Source: Sedimentisphaerales bacterium (GTDB taxonomy: Bacteria; Planctomycetota; Phycisphaerae; Sedimentisphaerales; SM23-30). Taken from it: a stretch of 64,000 bases of DNA. The stretch is taken from NCBI GenBank assembly GCA_963666285.1, contig OY762711.1, one strand, 5' to 3'. A program made the translations under genes and the position numbers. The first letter of the stretch is position 1, and each line of letters starts with the position of its first letter. The notes below the pieces were generated by a model. The model saw only the letters and a program-made list of their open reading frames with translations. It ran no database searches and was not told the origin of the DNA. Of the stretch, positions 18,894-29,041 are shown in pieces.

Positions 18894-20345
18894 TTGTCAA
18901 AGAAAGTTGACATAGTATTAGTATTCCCTCCTATCAGGATATGGGACAGACCGAGAAATTTTCCAGCAGGTCTGGGTATAATTGCAGCAATCCTGAGAGA
19001 CGCCGGTTACAACGTAAAAGTGATTGATGTTAACGGTTTGCGGATAAGTGAAGATGAGGTTATTGAGCAGATTCAGGCTTTTTCGCCCGAAATTATCGGG
19101 TTTGGCGGTTTGATAACAACCTACGGATGGGTAAAAAGTATAACTCATCGTTTAAGGCAGATTTTGCCGGATGCCAGAATAATGCTGGGGGGGTCAGTGG
19201 GAACCAGTATTGTGGAAACCGCTTTAGCTAATCTCGCTGTGGATGTTATTACCCTGGCAGAGGCAGATGATACAATTCTGGAATTGATTCCGGCTTTACT
19301 GGAAAATAAGCCGCTTGACGGTATTGCCGGCCTGGCATTTATGCGAGAGGGCCAGGCAGTGCGTACTGCTGAACGGCCTATGGTGCAGGATTTGGACCGG
19401 ATTCCGCTGCCGGCCTGGGATATGTTTCCGATGGATACATACCTGGCCAATCCGGTGGTTGGGGTCGGTAAGGATATAGATATCATCAGTTCTCGCGGGT
19501 GCCCGTTTCCATGCCGGTATTGTTATCGTATTTTTGGCAGGAGATATCGTGCCAGGTCTGCCCGGCATGTTGTCAGCGAGATTGAAAAGTTGAAATCTGA
19601 TTATGATATTGATTTTATCAGTTTCCAGGATGACTGCTTTGTAATTGACAAAAAGCGGGTTTTTGAAATTTGCGATTTACTTGACGACAAGGGCCTTAGC
19701 AAGACTATTAGATGGAGCTGTACCGGGCGGGTTACTGTCTGTGACCTGGATATGATGAAACGGATGAAAGCTTCCGGTTGTGTTTCAATTAGCTTTGGTA
19801 TCGAGAGCGGCTCGGAAACAATTTTGCGGGCTATGGGTAAAAACGCATCTCTTGAACAGGCTGAAGCTGCAATATTAAACGCACGCAAGGCAAGGGTTCG
19901 TACTCCGGTATCGTTTATGATCGGCTATCCCGGCGAAACACGCGATACAGTTATGGAGACTGTAGAATTTTGCAGGAGAATCAATATTCCGCTGGGTGCA
20001 TTGATGTTTACCGCACCTTACCCCGGTACTCCGCTGTATGACGAGGTCAAGGATACCGATCAATTCAAATCACAATATGCTACTGAGGAGGAATTTGTTC
20101 TTGCCCTTGGTGATGCTCTCGATTTTGTTGTTAATATGACGGATTTGAGCAAAGAAGAGTTATTTGCTATTCGAGATGAGGCCCTGGCACTTGCCCGGAA
20201 TAATTATGTGCCGCCTGCTGCCGAAGAAGCCGATGCTTTGGAACGTGAGCTTTATGGAGAGATTTTGTATCAAAAAGCCAAACAGCAGATGCAAACTCCC
20301 GAGATGCAGGCACATCGAAAAAGACACGGATTTAATGAGAAATAG
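18894..20345 (+). CDS. B12-binding radical SAM protein (class B methyltransferase-like)
   Basis: N-terminal cobalamin-binding domain (PAGLGIIAAIL); SRGCPFPCRYC CxxxCxxC motif; FGIESGS. Confidence 0.9.
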   Translation: MSKKVDIVLVFPPIRIWDRPRNFPAGLGIIAAILRDAGYNVKVIDVNGLRISEDEVIEQIQAFSPEIIGFGGLITTYGWVKSITHRLRQILPDARIMLGGSVGTSIVETALANLAVDVITLAEADDTILELIPALLENKPLDGIAGLAFMREGQAVRTAERPMVQDLDRIPLPAWDMFPMDTYLANPVVGVGKDIDIISSRGCPFPCRYCYRIFGRRYRARSARHVVSEIEKLKSDYDIDFISFQDDCFVIDKKRVFEICDLLDDKGLSKTIRWSCTGRVTVCDLDMMKRMKASGCVSISFGIESGSETILRAMGKNASLEQAEAAILNARKARVRTPVSFMIGYPGETRDTVMETVEFCRRINIPLGALMFTAPYPGTPLYDEVKDTDQFKSQYATEEEFVLALGDALDFVVNMTDLSKEELFAIRDEALALARNNYVPPAAEEADALERELYGEILYQKAKQQMQTPEMQAHRKRHGFNEK

Positions 20346-20560
20346 TGTGCAAAGTTGCTATAGTATATCACAAAATACAATTCCTTTCTGAGAACACCGA
20401 CATTTAGCTGAATATGTAATTAGAAATCATTATAGGCGTGTACAAAAAAAGTATACTCCTATTCTTTTAATGTACATACTGCTTTCCTCCTATATTATAA
20501 TAATATTTTTTTACAATGTAAGTCTTTGTTTTACAGCATGTTATTATTGTTGAAGTTTTT

Positions 20561-20577
20561 TTGGCACAGTCCTTGCT
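20561..20577 (+). promoter_or_regulatory. Sigma54 (-24/-12) promoter
   Basis: TTGGCAC-AGTCC-TTGCT matches TGGCAC-N5-TTGCW exactly, ~55 nt upstream of the ATG at 20633. Confidence 0.8.
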
Positions 20578-20632
20578 TTTATTACTTATGGTTACTGAAA
20601 TACATAAGTTTTATAGAAATGAGGTAAGTGCT

Positions 20633-21397
20633 ATGAAGATTAAGGTAAAAATTAAAAGACATAAAAAAAAGATTGTTCTCTTTCTGGCTGCCCTGATTGT
20701 TTATGTTTCTGCAACCTGTTGTATTCCGGCTTCTCCCGGCAATAGCCAAAAGGGAACTGCTATTCTTGTGCCTGGCATGACAGGCCAGCCTTGGCTGCTA
20801 GGCGGTGTTGAAAGAGCATTGCGTGATAGCGGCTATGAAGGCTGTTTTATCCGCCACACCTGGGGCAAGCCATTTATGATTTTCACAAACCTGCGTGAAA
20901 AGAATCATAAAAATGAGCAGGCTGAATTACTTGCAGAACGAATTGAAAAGATCTATAAAGAAAATCCTTCCCGACCGATCGACCTGGTGGGTTATTCCGC
21001 TGGTGGCGGGTTGATAGTAAAAGCAATTGAATCTCTCCCGGAAGATATCCGGGTTCGGAACGTAACCCTTGTCCACAGTGCCGTAGCACCTGAACACGAT
21101 CTGACCGCAGCACTTTCCCATATAGATGGTAAGCTCAAGAATGTCTGCTCTGATGCCGACTGGCTGTTTCTTGGGCTTGGTACTTCCAGCTTCGGTACTG
21201 TGGACGATGTTAATACCAGGGCGGCTGGTATGATCGGTTTCGATCTTGACGCTGCTGTGCCGGATGAACAGATGCGGGTTAAGGTCAAACAGGTACCTTG
21301 GGATATGGGCCAGCTGTTAACCACCGGCAGGTGGGGCGGCCATGCCTTGATATATGGTTATAAGTTCAATAAGAATTATGTCGCTAATAAGATATGA
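20633..21397 (+). CDS. Exported alpha/beta hydrolase, paralog 1
   Basis: RBS GAGG before ATG 20633; signal/anchor segment; ILVPGM oxyanion region; GYSAG nucleophile elbow; WGGH. Confidence 0.8.
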   Translation: MKIKVKIKRHKKKIVLFLAALIVYVSATCCIPASPGNSQKGTAILVPGMTGQPWLLGGVERALRDSGYEGCFIRHTWGKPFMIFTNLREKNHKNEQAELLAERIEKIYKENPSRPIDLVGYSAGGGLIVKAIESLPEDIRVRNVTLVHSAVAPEHDLTAALSHIDGKLKNVCSDADWLFLGLGTSSFGTVDDVNTRAAGMIGFDLDAAVPDEQMRVKVKQVPWDMGQLLTTGRWGGHALIYGYKFNKNYVANKI

Positions 21398-21447
21398 TTT
21401 GAAGCAGAATGGAAATTTATACCCATAACACTTATTGAGAGGTTCAT

Positions 21448-22173
21448 ATGAAAACTATTACTCTAATAATAATATTTTGCCTGGCTTTCTTTTTGGCTGG
21501 TTGTTCAAATGCTACAAGTTTGTCGCATGGCAAACCGGAAAAAGGAGCAGTGTGGCTGGTGCCTGGAATAGAGGGCCAGACATTTCTAACCGGCGATGTC
21601 GAGAAAGCTCTGCGGGCAAATAATTACGAAGGTGATATTAACAGGTATAACTGGGGCAATCCTCTTATGCCGCTGAAAAACCTGCGTAATGCTAAACATA
21701 AACAATTGCAGTCACAGCGGCTTGCAGATGAACTTTCAGAATACAGCAGGCAATATCCCGGGCAACCGATCGATATGATTGGTTATTCCGGTGGTGCGGG
21801 GCTTGCGGTATTGGCCCTGGAAAAACTACCACATGATGTCAGGGTAAGAAATGTTACGCTGGTTCATGGAGCTTTATCACCGGAGTATGATTTAACGGAG
21901 GCACTGGCCAAAATTGATGGAAGATTAAAAAATGTATATTCATCCGCCGACTGGCTGATACTGGGGATCGGCACAAGGATATTCGGAACAGTTGATGGCA
22001 CAAAAACAGACTCAGCAGGAATGATAGGTTTCGATCTTGAAAAGTCTGTACCGGACAGGTCGCTGAGATGCAAGCTGGAGCAGATACCGTGGCGCTGGGA
22101 CCAGCATCGCTGGGGCGGACATCTCACATTGTATGATTACAAGTTTAACAGGGATTATGTAACTACGTTTTAA
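21448..22173 (+). CDS. Lipoprotein alpha/beta hydrolase, paralog 2
   Basis: Lipobox LAGC; WLVPGI; GYSGG; WGGH; colinear with the upstream gene. Confidence 0.82.
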   Translation: MKTITLIIIFCLAFFLAGCSNATSLSHGKPEKGAVWLVPGIEGQTFLTGDVEKALRANNYEGDINRYNWGNPLMPLKNLRNAKHKQLQSQRLADELSEYSRQYPGQPIDMIGYSGGAGLAVLALEKLPHDVRVRNVTLVHGALSPEYDLTEALAKIDGRLKNVYSSADWLILGIGTRIFGTVDGTKTDSAGMIGFDLEKSVPDRSLRCKLEQIPWRWDQHRWGGHLTLYDYKFNRDYVTTF

Positions 22174-22215
22174 AATTAGAAAGTAAAATAATAAGGTAAT
22201 ATAAAGGAAAAGATC

Positions 22216-22302
22216 ATGAAACTAATAGCAATAATTATAGCAGTTTGGGTTTGTTCGTCAGTAGTATTCATTACAGGAAGCAGTGATAATAAATCTGCTT
22301 AA
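22216..22302 (+). CDS. Small ORF (28 aa), signal-peptide-like; possible remnant of a lipoprotein gene
   Basis: AAAGGA RBS then MKLIAIIIAVWVCSSVVFITGSSDNKSA*. Confidence 0.35.
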   Translation: MKLIAIIIAVWVCSSVVFITGSSDNKSA

Positions 22303-22368
22303 AGACTATTGATATATACACTATTGTAAATTGCTCTAAGGCAGTTTTAACTTTGAAAGGACAATGAG

Positions 22369-22932
22369 ATGAAAAAATTATTTGTTTTGGCATTCACTTG
22401 TTTATCAATTATTACAGCAGCAGGCTGTGGTAATAGTGATCAATCTGTCGGCAGCATGGATACAGCGTTGCAAAATGAAGAAGCGGATAAATGTATCGGA
22501 ATTTATGATTCTCGCTGTATCGCGATAGCTTATTACAACTCTGCGATGCATGGTGACTACATGAAAGAGGTTAGTCGACAGCATAAAGCTGCAAAAGATG
22601 CCGGAGATAGCGAAACCGCAAAGACTCTGGAGCAAAAAATGGAAAAGATGCAGCAGCAGGCTCATTACCAGGGTTTCGGCACGGCTCCGGTTGAAGAACT
22701 TCTTGAGAAAGTTGCAGGCGGTGTTGACAAGCTTAAAAATGATCAAGGGCTGGATTTGATTGTTTCCAAATGGAATTATAGCGGCGACATATGCAAGTGT
22801 GTCGATATTACCGATGAGCTTGTGATGCTATATAACCCAGGGCCAAAGGCCTTGGAGTGGATCAGGCAGGCAAAGGCTAAAGAACCGATTCCGCAAACCG
22901 AATTAGAAAAGATGGACCATATAAAGGATTAG
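22369..22932 (+). CDS. Hypothetical lipoprotein with a helical core
   Basis: Lipobox AAGC, RBS AAAGGA, 187-aa ORF. Confidence 0.75.
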   Translation: MKKLFVLAFTCLSIITAAGCGNSDQSVGSMDTALQNEEADKCIGIYDSRCIAIAYYNSAMHGDYMKEVSRQHKAAKDAGDSETAKTLEQKMEKMQQQAHYQGFGTAPVEELLEKVAGGVDKLKNDQGLDLIVSKWNYSGDICKCVDITDELVMLYNPGPKALEWIRQAKAKEPIPQTELEKMDHIKD

Positions 22933-23084
22933 AAAGTTTTTCTATAGAATAATTTAATCCCGGTTTACATATTGAAACGTTCTTGATACTACCTTATACT
23001 AAGGCGAGCTCTGGAAAGCGTACTTTTAGAGTTCGCCTGTTTTATATCAATGATTTAACGACAATATTTAGTAAGGTATTAGTC

Positions 23085-24242
23085 ATGGACAAAAAATATT
23101 TCGATATATACAAAGATACTCTAGACAATTCGGTAATACCATTCTGGCTGAACCACTCACCGGACAATGAATTTGGCGGTACATTCTGCTGTCTTGACCG
23201 CGATGGCACAGTTTACGACGATAAAAAATATATCTGGCTGATGGGCCGCTCTGTCTGGATGTTTTCCAAGCTGTATAACGAGTATGAAAAGAACGAAAAC
23301 TTTCTCAACATTGCAAAGTTGGGAGTGGATTTTATTGACAAATATGCTACCGACCCCGATGGCAAATATTATTTCTGCCTGACCCGTGACGGCAAGCCGT
23401 ACTTTTTTCAGCGTAAACCATATTCTGCTGTCTTTTGTATGCTGGCATATCTGCAATACGGCAAGGCGACCGGCAGTAGTGAATATATCGAAAAAGCTGA
23501 GAAGCTGTTCTGGACAATTGACAGCTGGATGAAATCGCCGGGGTGCCTGGGGCGGCCGTCTTATGATAACCTGCCTCAGGTGAGTACGCTGGCCGATATT
23601 ATGGTTATGGCCAGCATGGCTGCCGAGCTGGCATCAGTAGAAGTAAAACAGTCGTACCTGGATGTCATGGCAAACTCTATTCAGATGCTGGAGCCGCATT
23701 TTGTTCCCGAACATCGTATTCTAATGGAAAACACTTCTATCGATGGCAGTGATGTGTCCAACTGGCCGGAAGGGCGGTTTGTCTGCCCCGGCAGTGCCAT
23801 TGAGACCGCATGGTTCATTATCCACCTGCTGGATTATATCCCTGACAATGAAGTTCTAAAAAGGCAGTTGGAAATTATTGAAGGCTCTCTGGAATATGGC
23901 TGGGATAAAGAATATGGCGGAATTTATTACTTTATGGATTTCGAAAACAAGCCTACTCTTCAGCTGGAATCTTCTATGAAGCTGTGGTGGCCGCATACGG
24001 AAGCAGTTTATGCCTGTCTGCTGGCCTATAAGAAAACCGGTGATGCCAAATGGCTTGACTGGCACAAAAAGGTTCACGATTATACTTTTGACAAATTCTT
24101 TGATAAAGAATATGGCGGAGCTTTTGGCTATTGCGACCGCATGGGCAATCTTACCCATACCTGTAAAGGCGGTAACTATAAAGGATTCTTCCATATACCA
24201 AGATTCCTGCTTTTATGCCAACAGCTGTATGAAGCGAAATAG
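23085..24242 (+). CDS. AGE family N-acylglucosamine 2-epimerase
   Basis: KYIWLMGR, PGSAIETAWF, KLWWPHTEA and KGFFHIPR motifs; start at ATG 23085; promoter-like TTGAAA-N17-TATACT at 22972-23000. Confidence 0.9.
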   Translation: MDKKYFDIYKDTLDNSVIPFWLNHSPDNEFGGTFCCLDRDGTVYDDKKYIWLMGRSVWMFSKLYNEYEKNENFLNIAKLGVDFIDKYATDPDGKYYFCLTRDGKPYFFQRKPYSAVFCMLAYLQYGKATGSSEYIEKAEKLFWTIDSWMKSPGCLGRPSYDNLPQVSTLADIMVMASMAAELASVEVKQSYLDVMANSIQMLEPHFVPEHRILMENTSIDGSDVSNWPEGRFVCPGSAIETAWFIIHLLDYIPDNEVLKRQLEIIEGSLEYGWDKEYGGIYYFMDFENKPTLQLESSMKLWWPHTEAVYACLLAYKKTGDAKWLDWHKKVHDYTFDKFFDKEYGGAFGYCDRMGNLTHTCKGGNYKGFFHIPRFLLLCQQLYEAK

Positions 24243-24293
24243 ATTCCTGGTATTATGGCGGTATCCTTAGAACCGGTTATCCAAACTTGATAT

Positions 24294-25172
24294 TTACGCT
24301 TTCATTTGTGCCGACTGCAATGTATTAAGCATTAGCATTGTAATTGTCATCGGTCCGACTCCGCCCGGTACCGGGGTTATGGCAGATGCGATTTCCGCGA
24401 TCGAATCAAAATCCACATCACCGACCAGCTTGCGCTTACCTTCCGCGGTACGACCGATTTCATTGACGCCAACGTCGATTACAACCGCACCGGGTTTCAC
24501 CATGTCAGCGGTTACAGCCTGCGGTACTCCTGCAGCAACGATGAGAATGTCAGCCTTTAAGGTATGGGCTTTCATGTTTTTTGTGCGGGTATGACATATT
24601 GTTACTGTTGAGTTGGCGCCGGGTGCTTTCTGGATCATAATATTTGCGATTGGTTTGCCAACGATATTACTGCGTCCGACAACTACAACTTCTGCACCTT
24701 CGGTTTCTACCCCGCTGCGTACCAGCATCTGCTGTATGCCATATGGGGTACAGGGCAAAAAGCCAGGTGTGCCAATTACCATTCTGCCGACATTAACCGG
24801 GTGAAACCCATCAACGTCTTTATCGGGATCAATTGCGTATAAAACCTTATTTTCATCGATATGCTTTGGCAGCGGCAGTTGAACCAGGATCCCGTGAATC
24901 TTATCGTCAGAGTTATATTTTGCGATCATATCAAGCAGCTCCTGCTCGCTTATGTCAGCATCCAGATTTTCCTGGATAGAATGATAGCCTAATTCATGTG
25001 CGGTCTTTTGCTTGGCACGCACGTAGCTTTGTGATGCTGGATTTTCGCCAACCAGTATAGTTACCAGTCCTGGAACAATACCTTTTTCATTTTTGAGCTT
25101 CTCAACGTCTCGTGCAATCTCTTCCCGTATCTGAGCAGCAATTTCCTTACCCTTGATAAGTCTGGCTGTCAT
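24294..25172 (-). CDS. folD: Methylenetetrahydrofolate dehydrogenase/cyclohydrolase
   Basis: GILVQLPLP, KDVDGFHP, PCTP, GRSNIVGKP and TPVPGGVGPMT motifs. Confidence 0.97.
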   Translation of the reverse strand: MTARLIKGKEIAAQIREEIARDVEKLKNEKGIVPGLVTILVGENPASQSYVRAKQKTAHELGYHSIQENLDADISEQELLDMIAKYNSDDKIHGILVQLPLPKHIDENKVLYAIDPDKDVDGFHPVNVGRMVIGTPGFLPCTPYGIQQMLVRSGVETEGAEVVVVGRSNIVGKPIANIMIQKAPGANSTVTICHTRTKNMKAHTLKADILIVAAGVPQAVTADMVKPGAVVIDVGVNEIGRTAEGKRKLVGDVDFDSIAEIASAITPVPGGVGPMTITMLMLNTLQSAQMKA

Positions 25173-25204
25173 AACTATATACTCCTGTTATTGGTTTCAA
25201 AACA

Positions 25205-25246
25205 AAAGTCGTAATTTACGGTTTGAAAAACTTAAATTACGACTTT
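25205..25246 (-). terminator. 14-bp hairpin between the TPR gene and folD
   Basis: AAAGTCGTAATTTA / TAAATTACGACTTT. Confidence 0.55.
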
Positions 25247-25263
25247 GTGATTTCTGAATAAGA

Positions 25264-26694
25264 CTAGTTGTTATCCTGTTCCCGTTCTTTTTTTCGGAGT
25301 GCATCCACTCTGTCACGGGCATCACGGAAATTATAATCCAGCTGGGTAACTTTCCGATAGTTCACCAGTGCATCTGCGTCATTACCGTCCGCTTCGAAAG
25401 CACGTCCCAGGTTATAAAGCAGCTCTTTAGCCATAGCACTTTCTTTGCTGTCGAGGTTTTCAAAGGCCTCTTGAAAGGATTCAATAGCATCCATATACCA
25501 TTTTTTATAGAAAAAGCACTGGCCGATATAACTTAACGATTGTGTCCTGAACCGTGGGTCACCACGAGAATCCTGGAATAGTGGAATTGCTTCATCCAGC
25601 TTTTTAGCTTTCAGGTATCTCTTGCCAAGCTCGAACTTATATCGCCTGTCAGTTGGATGATTTTCAACACAGTCTGCATAATGTTTGAGCTCGAACTCGA
25701 GCATTTTCACGGTTTGCTCGCGAACTTTCCTGGCATTATCTTTATTTTGCGGATCTGATTTGTATTGGCCCTGAAATTCACGCAACTGTCGTTTTTGCTG
25801 ACGCATGATTATTTCATTAGCTCGCTGCTGGAAATAAAACTGGCTGGTGTTTTTATAGGCTTTTTCTAAAACCGCAACCGCAATTTTTTCGTTCTCATAT
25901 GCGTCAGTTGCACAGAGAGCGGTAACGTATTTGTCAATGCTTCTCTGGTTGGTAGGATCTTCATCATATTCCAGCTTCGCGCCTGCAATTGCCCTTTTCT
26001 GAACATTTTCATTTGTTATATGTTCCTGTTCAGCGTGAATTTGTTCTTGCTCTTCGCGATCTTTTATACTTTCGCGGAAATCGCCATCACTGTCATATTT
26101 ACCCTGCTTCATAGTAGCTGTAGCAGAGAGATCTCTTAGCTTATCTTTTAATGCAGAATCTTTGGGCTTCAGCATAACAGCATTCTGACATGCCTGGACT
26201 GCTCGTTTATAAGATTCAATTTTCTCGTATATTTCCATTAAAAGCAGATATACTTTAGCGTCTGGTTTGGTACTTTTGATATTTGCATCAAATAGTACAT
26301 CTGCCATCCAATGACATACATCAGTGAAACCGGCATCTAATGCAGCTTTGACAAAATCTGCCATATAGCCTGAGTTTAGCGGCTCTTTGCTCAATAAATA
26401 TTCAGCCTTGAGCATAGCATCACGCGGAGTTTTGCCAGATATTTTTTTATACTTCGAGCCATCTCCAAAACCAGACTTTTTACCACCCGCTGCCATTCTC
26501 CTTACAGCTATATCTCGTAACTTGAAATGTCCTTCCTGTAAAGCTGTCGGCCAGAAACTTATGCCGTCCAGGTAAAGTTCAATGGCATAATCGTAGTTTA
26601 ATGTATAAGCTACTTTATCAGCCTTGGTAAAATACTCCTTAGCTCGCTTTTTGAGCTCTTCTGGAACTTGATAAACGTTGATTTCTTCTGACAT
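25264..26694 (-). CDS. Tetratricopeptide repeat protein
   Basis: Repeated TPR helices, e.g. FELGKRYLKAKKLDEAIPLFQ and YNLGRAFEADG. Confidence 0.85.
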   Translation of the reverse strand: MSEEINVYQVPEELKKRAKEYFTKADKVAYTLNYDYAIELYLDGISFWPTALQEGHFKLRDIAVRRMAAGGKKSGFGDGSKYKKISGKTPRDAMLKAEYLLSKEPLNSGYMADFVKAALDAGFTDVCHWMADVLFDANIKSTKPDAKVYLLLMEIYEKIESYKRAVQACQNAVMLKPKDSALKDKLRDLSATATMKQGKYDSDGDFRESIKDREEQEQIHAEQEHITNENVQKRAIAGAKLEYDEDPTNQRSIDKYVTALCATDAYENEKIAVAVLEKAYKNTSQFYFQQRANEIIMRQQKRQLREFQGQYKSDPQNKDNARKVREQTVKMLEFELKHYADCVENHPTDRRYKFELGKRYLKAKKLDEAIPLFQDSRGDPRFRTQSLSYIGQCFFYKKWYMDAIESFQEAFENLDSKESAMAKELLYNLGRAFEADGNDADALVNYRKVTQLDYNFRDARDRVDALRKKEREQDNN

Positions 26695-26945
26695 AATTAT
26701 AAAACTTTACGGGAAAATAAGTTAACATTTCTAATAATTATCGGCTTTCCTTCTCCAAAATCGCAATTATACAGTATAACATAACATATCAAATTGTCAA
26801 TCCGGCATTTATGATACCTGTGGCTGTATCGAGCGAATATCATGACCCGACTTAACACAAAATGGCATAAGTGTATATGGTCGGTTTACAGGACAGTAAA
26901 TTATCTACCCGGACTAACCATCGGTCAGTTATGGTTATTTAAAAT

Positions 26946-26979
26946 AAAAAAAGCTGATCAGTATAACCAATCAGCTTTT
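26946..26979 (-). terminator. Intrinsic terminator
   Basis: AAAAGCTGAT / ATCAGCTTTT stem with A/T tracts. Confidence 0.65.
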
Positions 26980-27002
26980 ATTATTATTAAGTATATTAAA
27001 TA

Positions 27003-27797
27003 CTAAAGCACTCTTCTTCTCAAAAATCCTACATATGCGGTACCAAACCCGGCTAATAATACTGCACCTGGGGCAGGAACAACCGGCAAGACTGGAGGTG
27101 TATTTGATTCTCCATATGTTAGTGCACCAACTTCAACTGTAATTGAATTTGATGCTCCGATGCCGTAAAAACCGTAATCCAGTGAAATCTCATATGTTCC
27201 TTCTGCCGTTGGATCAAATAATGAAGAATCCATAACCAGATCAACTGGATTTTCAGAACCTGTACCATATGGTGGTTGCAGCCATCTAAGCCAGCCAAAT
27301 TTCTGCTTGGTGCCGGAACCGTCTACTGTTGAATATTGTGATTCAATTGAAAAACCAATTTCATCTACCCAGGTTACAGAACCGTCTTTACTGGTGTAGC
27401 TGATAGTTCCTGTCAGCTCTTCAAATTTGAAAAGAACTGGGTTTACATATACATCCAGGTTCCAGTTAGCCAGACCATCTGAGATATTACTGTTTGAGTA
27501 ATATTTACCGTCACCTTCATACCATGTGTCATATGATCCATTATCACTTACGTCATGGATACCCATTGCGAGAGTGTAAGTTAAATCAGTTCTACCGGTA
27601 GAATATGTAGTTTCAGATATGTAGTATGGATATTCAGGCATTTTATAAGGATCACCTGTGTACAGGGCTCCTTCTGGCACACCTTCATATACATTCACGG
27701 TTTTGTCAAAATCCCACCAACCGCCAGATGTCATTCCGGCTATGGCACTGCTGCTCAAAATTGCTAAAGCAACAGCAAGGGTCAAAAGCTTCTTCAT
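27003..27797 (-). CDS. Secreted protein with PEP-CTERM-like VPAPGA sorting tail
   Basis: Signal peptide; C-terminal VVPAPGAVLLAGFGTAYVGFLRRRVL. Confidence 0.85.
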   Translation of the reverse strand: MKKLLTLAVALAILSSSAIAGMTSGGWWDFDKTVNVYEGVPEGALYTGDPYKMPEYPYYISETTYSTGRTDLTYTLAMGIHDVSDNGSYDTWYEGDGKYYSNSNISDGLANWNLDVYVNPVLFKFEELTGTISYTSKDGSVTWVDEIGFSIESQYSTVDGSGTKQKFGWLRWLQPPYGTGSENPVDLVMDSSLFDPTAEGTYEISLDYGFYGIGASNSITVEVGALTYGESNTPPVLPVVPAPGAVLLAGFGTAYVGFLRRRVL

Positions 27798-28103
27798 AGC
27801 TCTCCCAAGTCCTTCCTACCTACTCTCATAAATATTTATTAAACAATAGTTTATAAGAGCTAAGTTTTCTATTCCTCCGATCGCAATCTCCAAAAGCGAT
27901 CAAAAGTTTTCTCAAATACAAAATACATTTGAATAGTGTTTTCCTGAAAATTCCACTATTCATACTTAATATAGCAAAATAAATCAAAAAAACCTAGAAA
28001 AATATATTTAAAATTAAAACTCGTTACAACTATTACAATCTACCTATATTGACAATAAGGCATGTAAATTATGTATATCTTAGAATTGGGAATAAATATT
28101 TTT

Positions 28104-28985
28104 TTACTGATTTTCCAGGTTATCGATAAATTCTCTGATGATCCAATCAGGCGTACTTGCCCCTGCTGTAATGCCGGCGATTTTTTTGTTCTCGATATAT
28201 TCCGGTTTGAATTCTTTCCAGCCCTGCAGATGATAAGTATCAACGTCATGTCTTCGGCATAGTTCTGCAAGTTCGCCTGTATTGGCGCTGTGTCTGGAAC
28301 CCAAAACAAACATAACATCTACTTCGTGGCATAGTTCTACCGCTGAAGCTTGCCTGCGAGCGGTTTCTTTACAGATAGTGTTAACTACTTTTATTTCTTC
28401 ATAGCCCCTTTTGGCTAAATCGCCAACAACCTGGCCAAAATCATCTGCAGAATGAGTTGTTTGTGAAACAATAGCAATTTTTCCGCGGGCCGGTGCTTTT
28501 TCTAGGTCTTTAACTCCTGCAACTACAGTAACTTCTGGTGCATAGCCTACTACCCCCTGTACCTCGGGGTGGTTAGGGTCGCCAACAACCACAACCTGAT
28601 AGCCCTGCTCGAATAAATCTCTCACCAGGTTCTGCACTCTTTGAACCAGCACACAGGTAGCATCGACAAGGTTAAATCCGAGTTTACGCACCTCATCGAG
28701 TAGTTCTGGTCGGCATCCATGGCTTCTGATTAATACATTTACCGACGATGGATCTGTTGTCTGGCCTGAACTGGCAAGCTCTTTTTCACGGTCTACTACT
28801 TCCTGGAGATTATTTACTACTCGCAAGCCATTACCGGATAGTCTGTCGACTACTTCATTATTATGGATCAAATGTCCCAGGCAATATACAACCTTATCTT
28901 CTTCCAGCATTTTTTCTGCGGTTGAAATCGCATGTTCAACTCCAAAGCAGAATCCCATTTTCTTTGCTAATACTACTTTCATCAA
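28104..28985 (-). CDS. ispH: 4-hydroxy-3-methylbut-2-enyl diphosphate reductase
   Basis: GFCFGV, LIHN, DATC, SQTT, NTIC and ITAGASTP motifs. Confidence 0.95.
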   Translation of the reverse strand: MMKVVLAKKMGFCFGVEHAISTAEKMLEEDKVVYCLGHLIHNNEVVDRLSGNGLRVVNNLQEVVDREKELASSGQTTDPSSVNVLIRSHGCRPELLDEVRKLGFNLVDATCVLVQRVQNLVRDLFEQGYQVVVVGDPNHPEVQGVVGYAPEVTVVAGVKDLEKAPARGKIAIVSQTTHSADDFGQVVGDLAKRGYEEIKVVNTICKETARRQASAVELCHEVDVMFVLGSRHSANTGELAELCRRHDVDTYHLQGWKEFKPEYIENKKIAGITAGASTPDWIIREFIDNLENQ

Positions 28986-29041
28986 ATACTCATTTCTATA
29001 AATAAACTATTATAATATAAATAGTTAACGATATAATCAGG

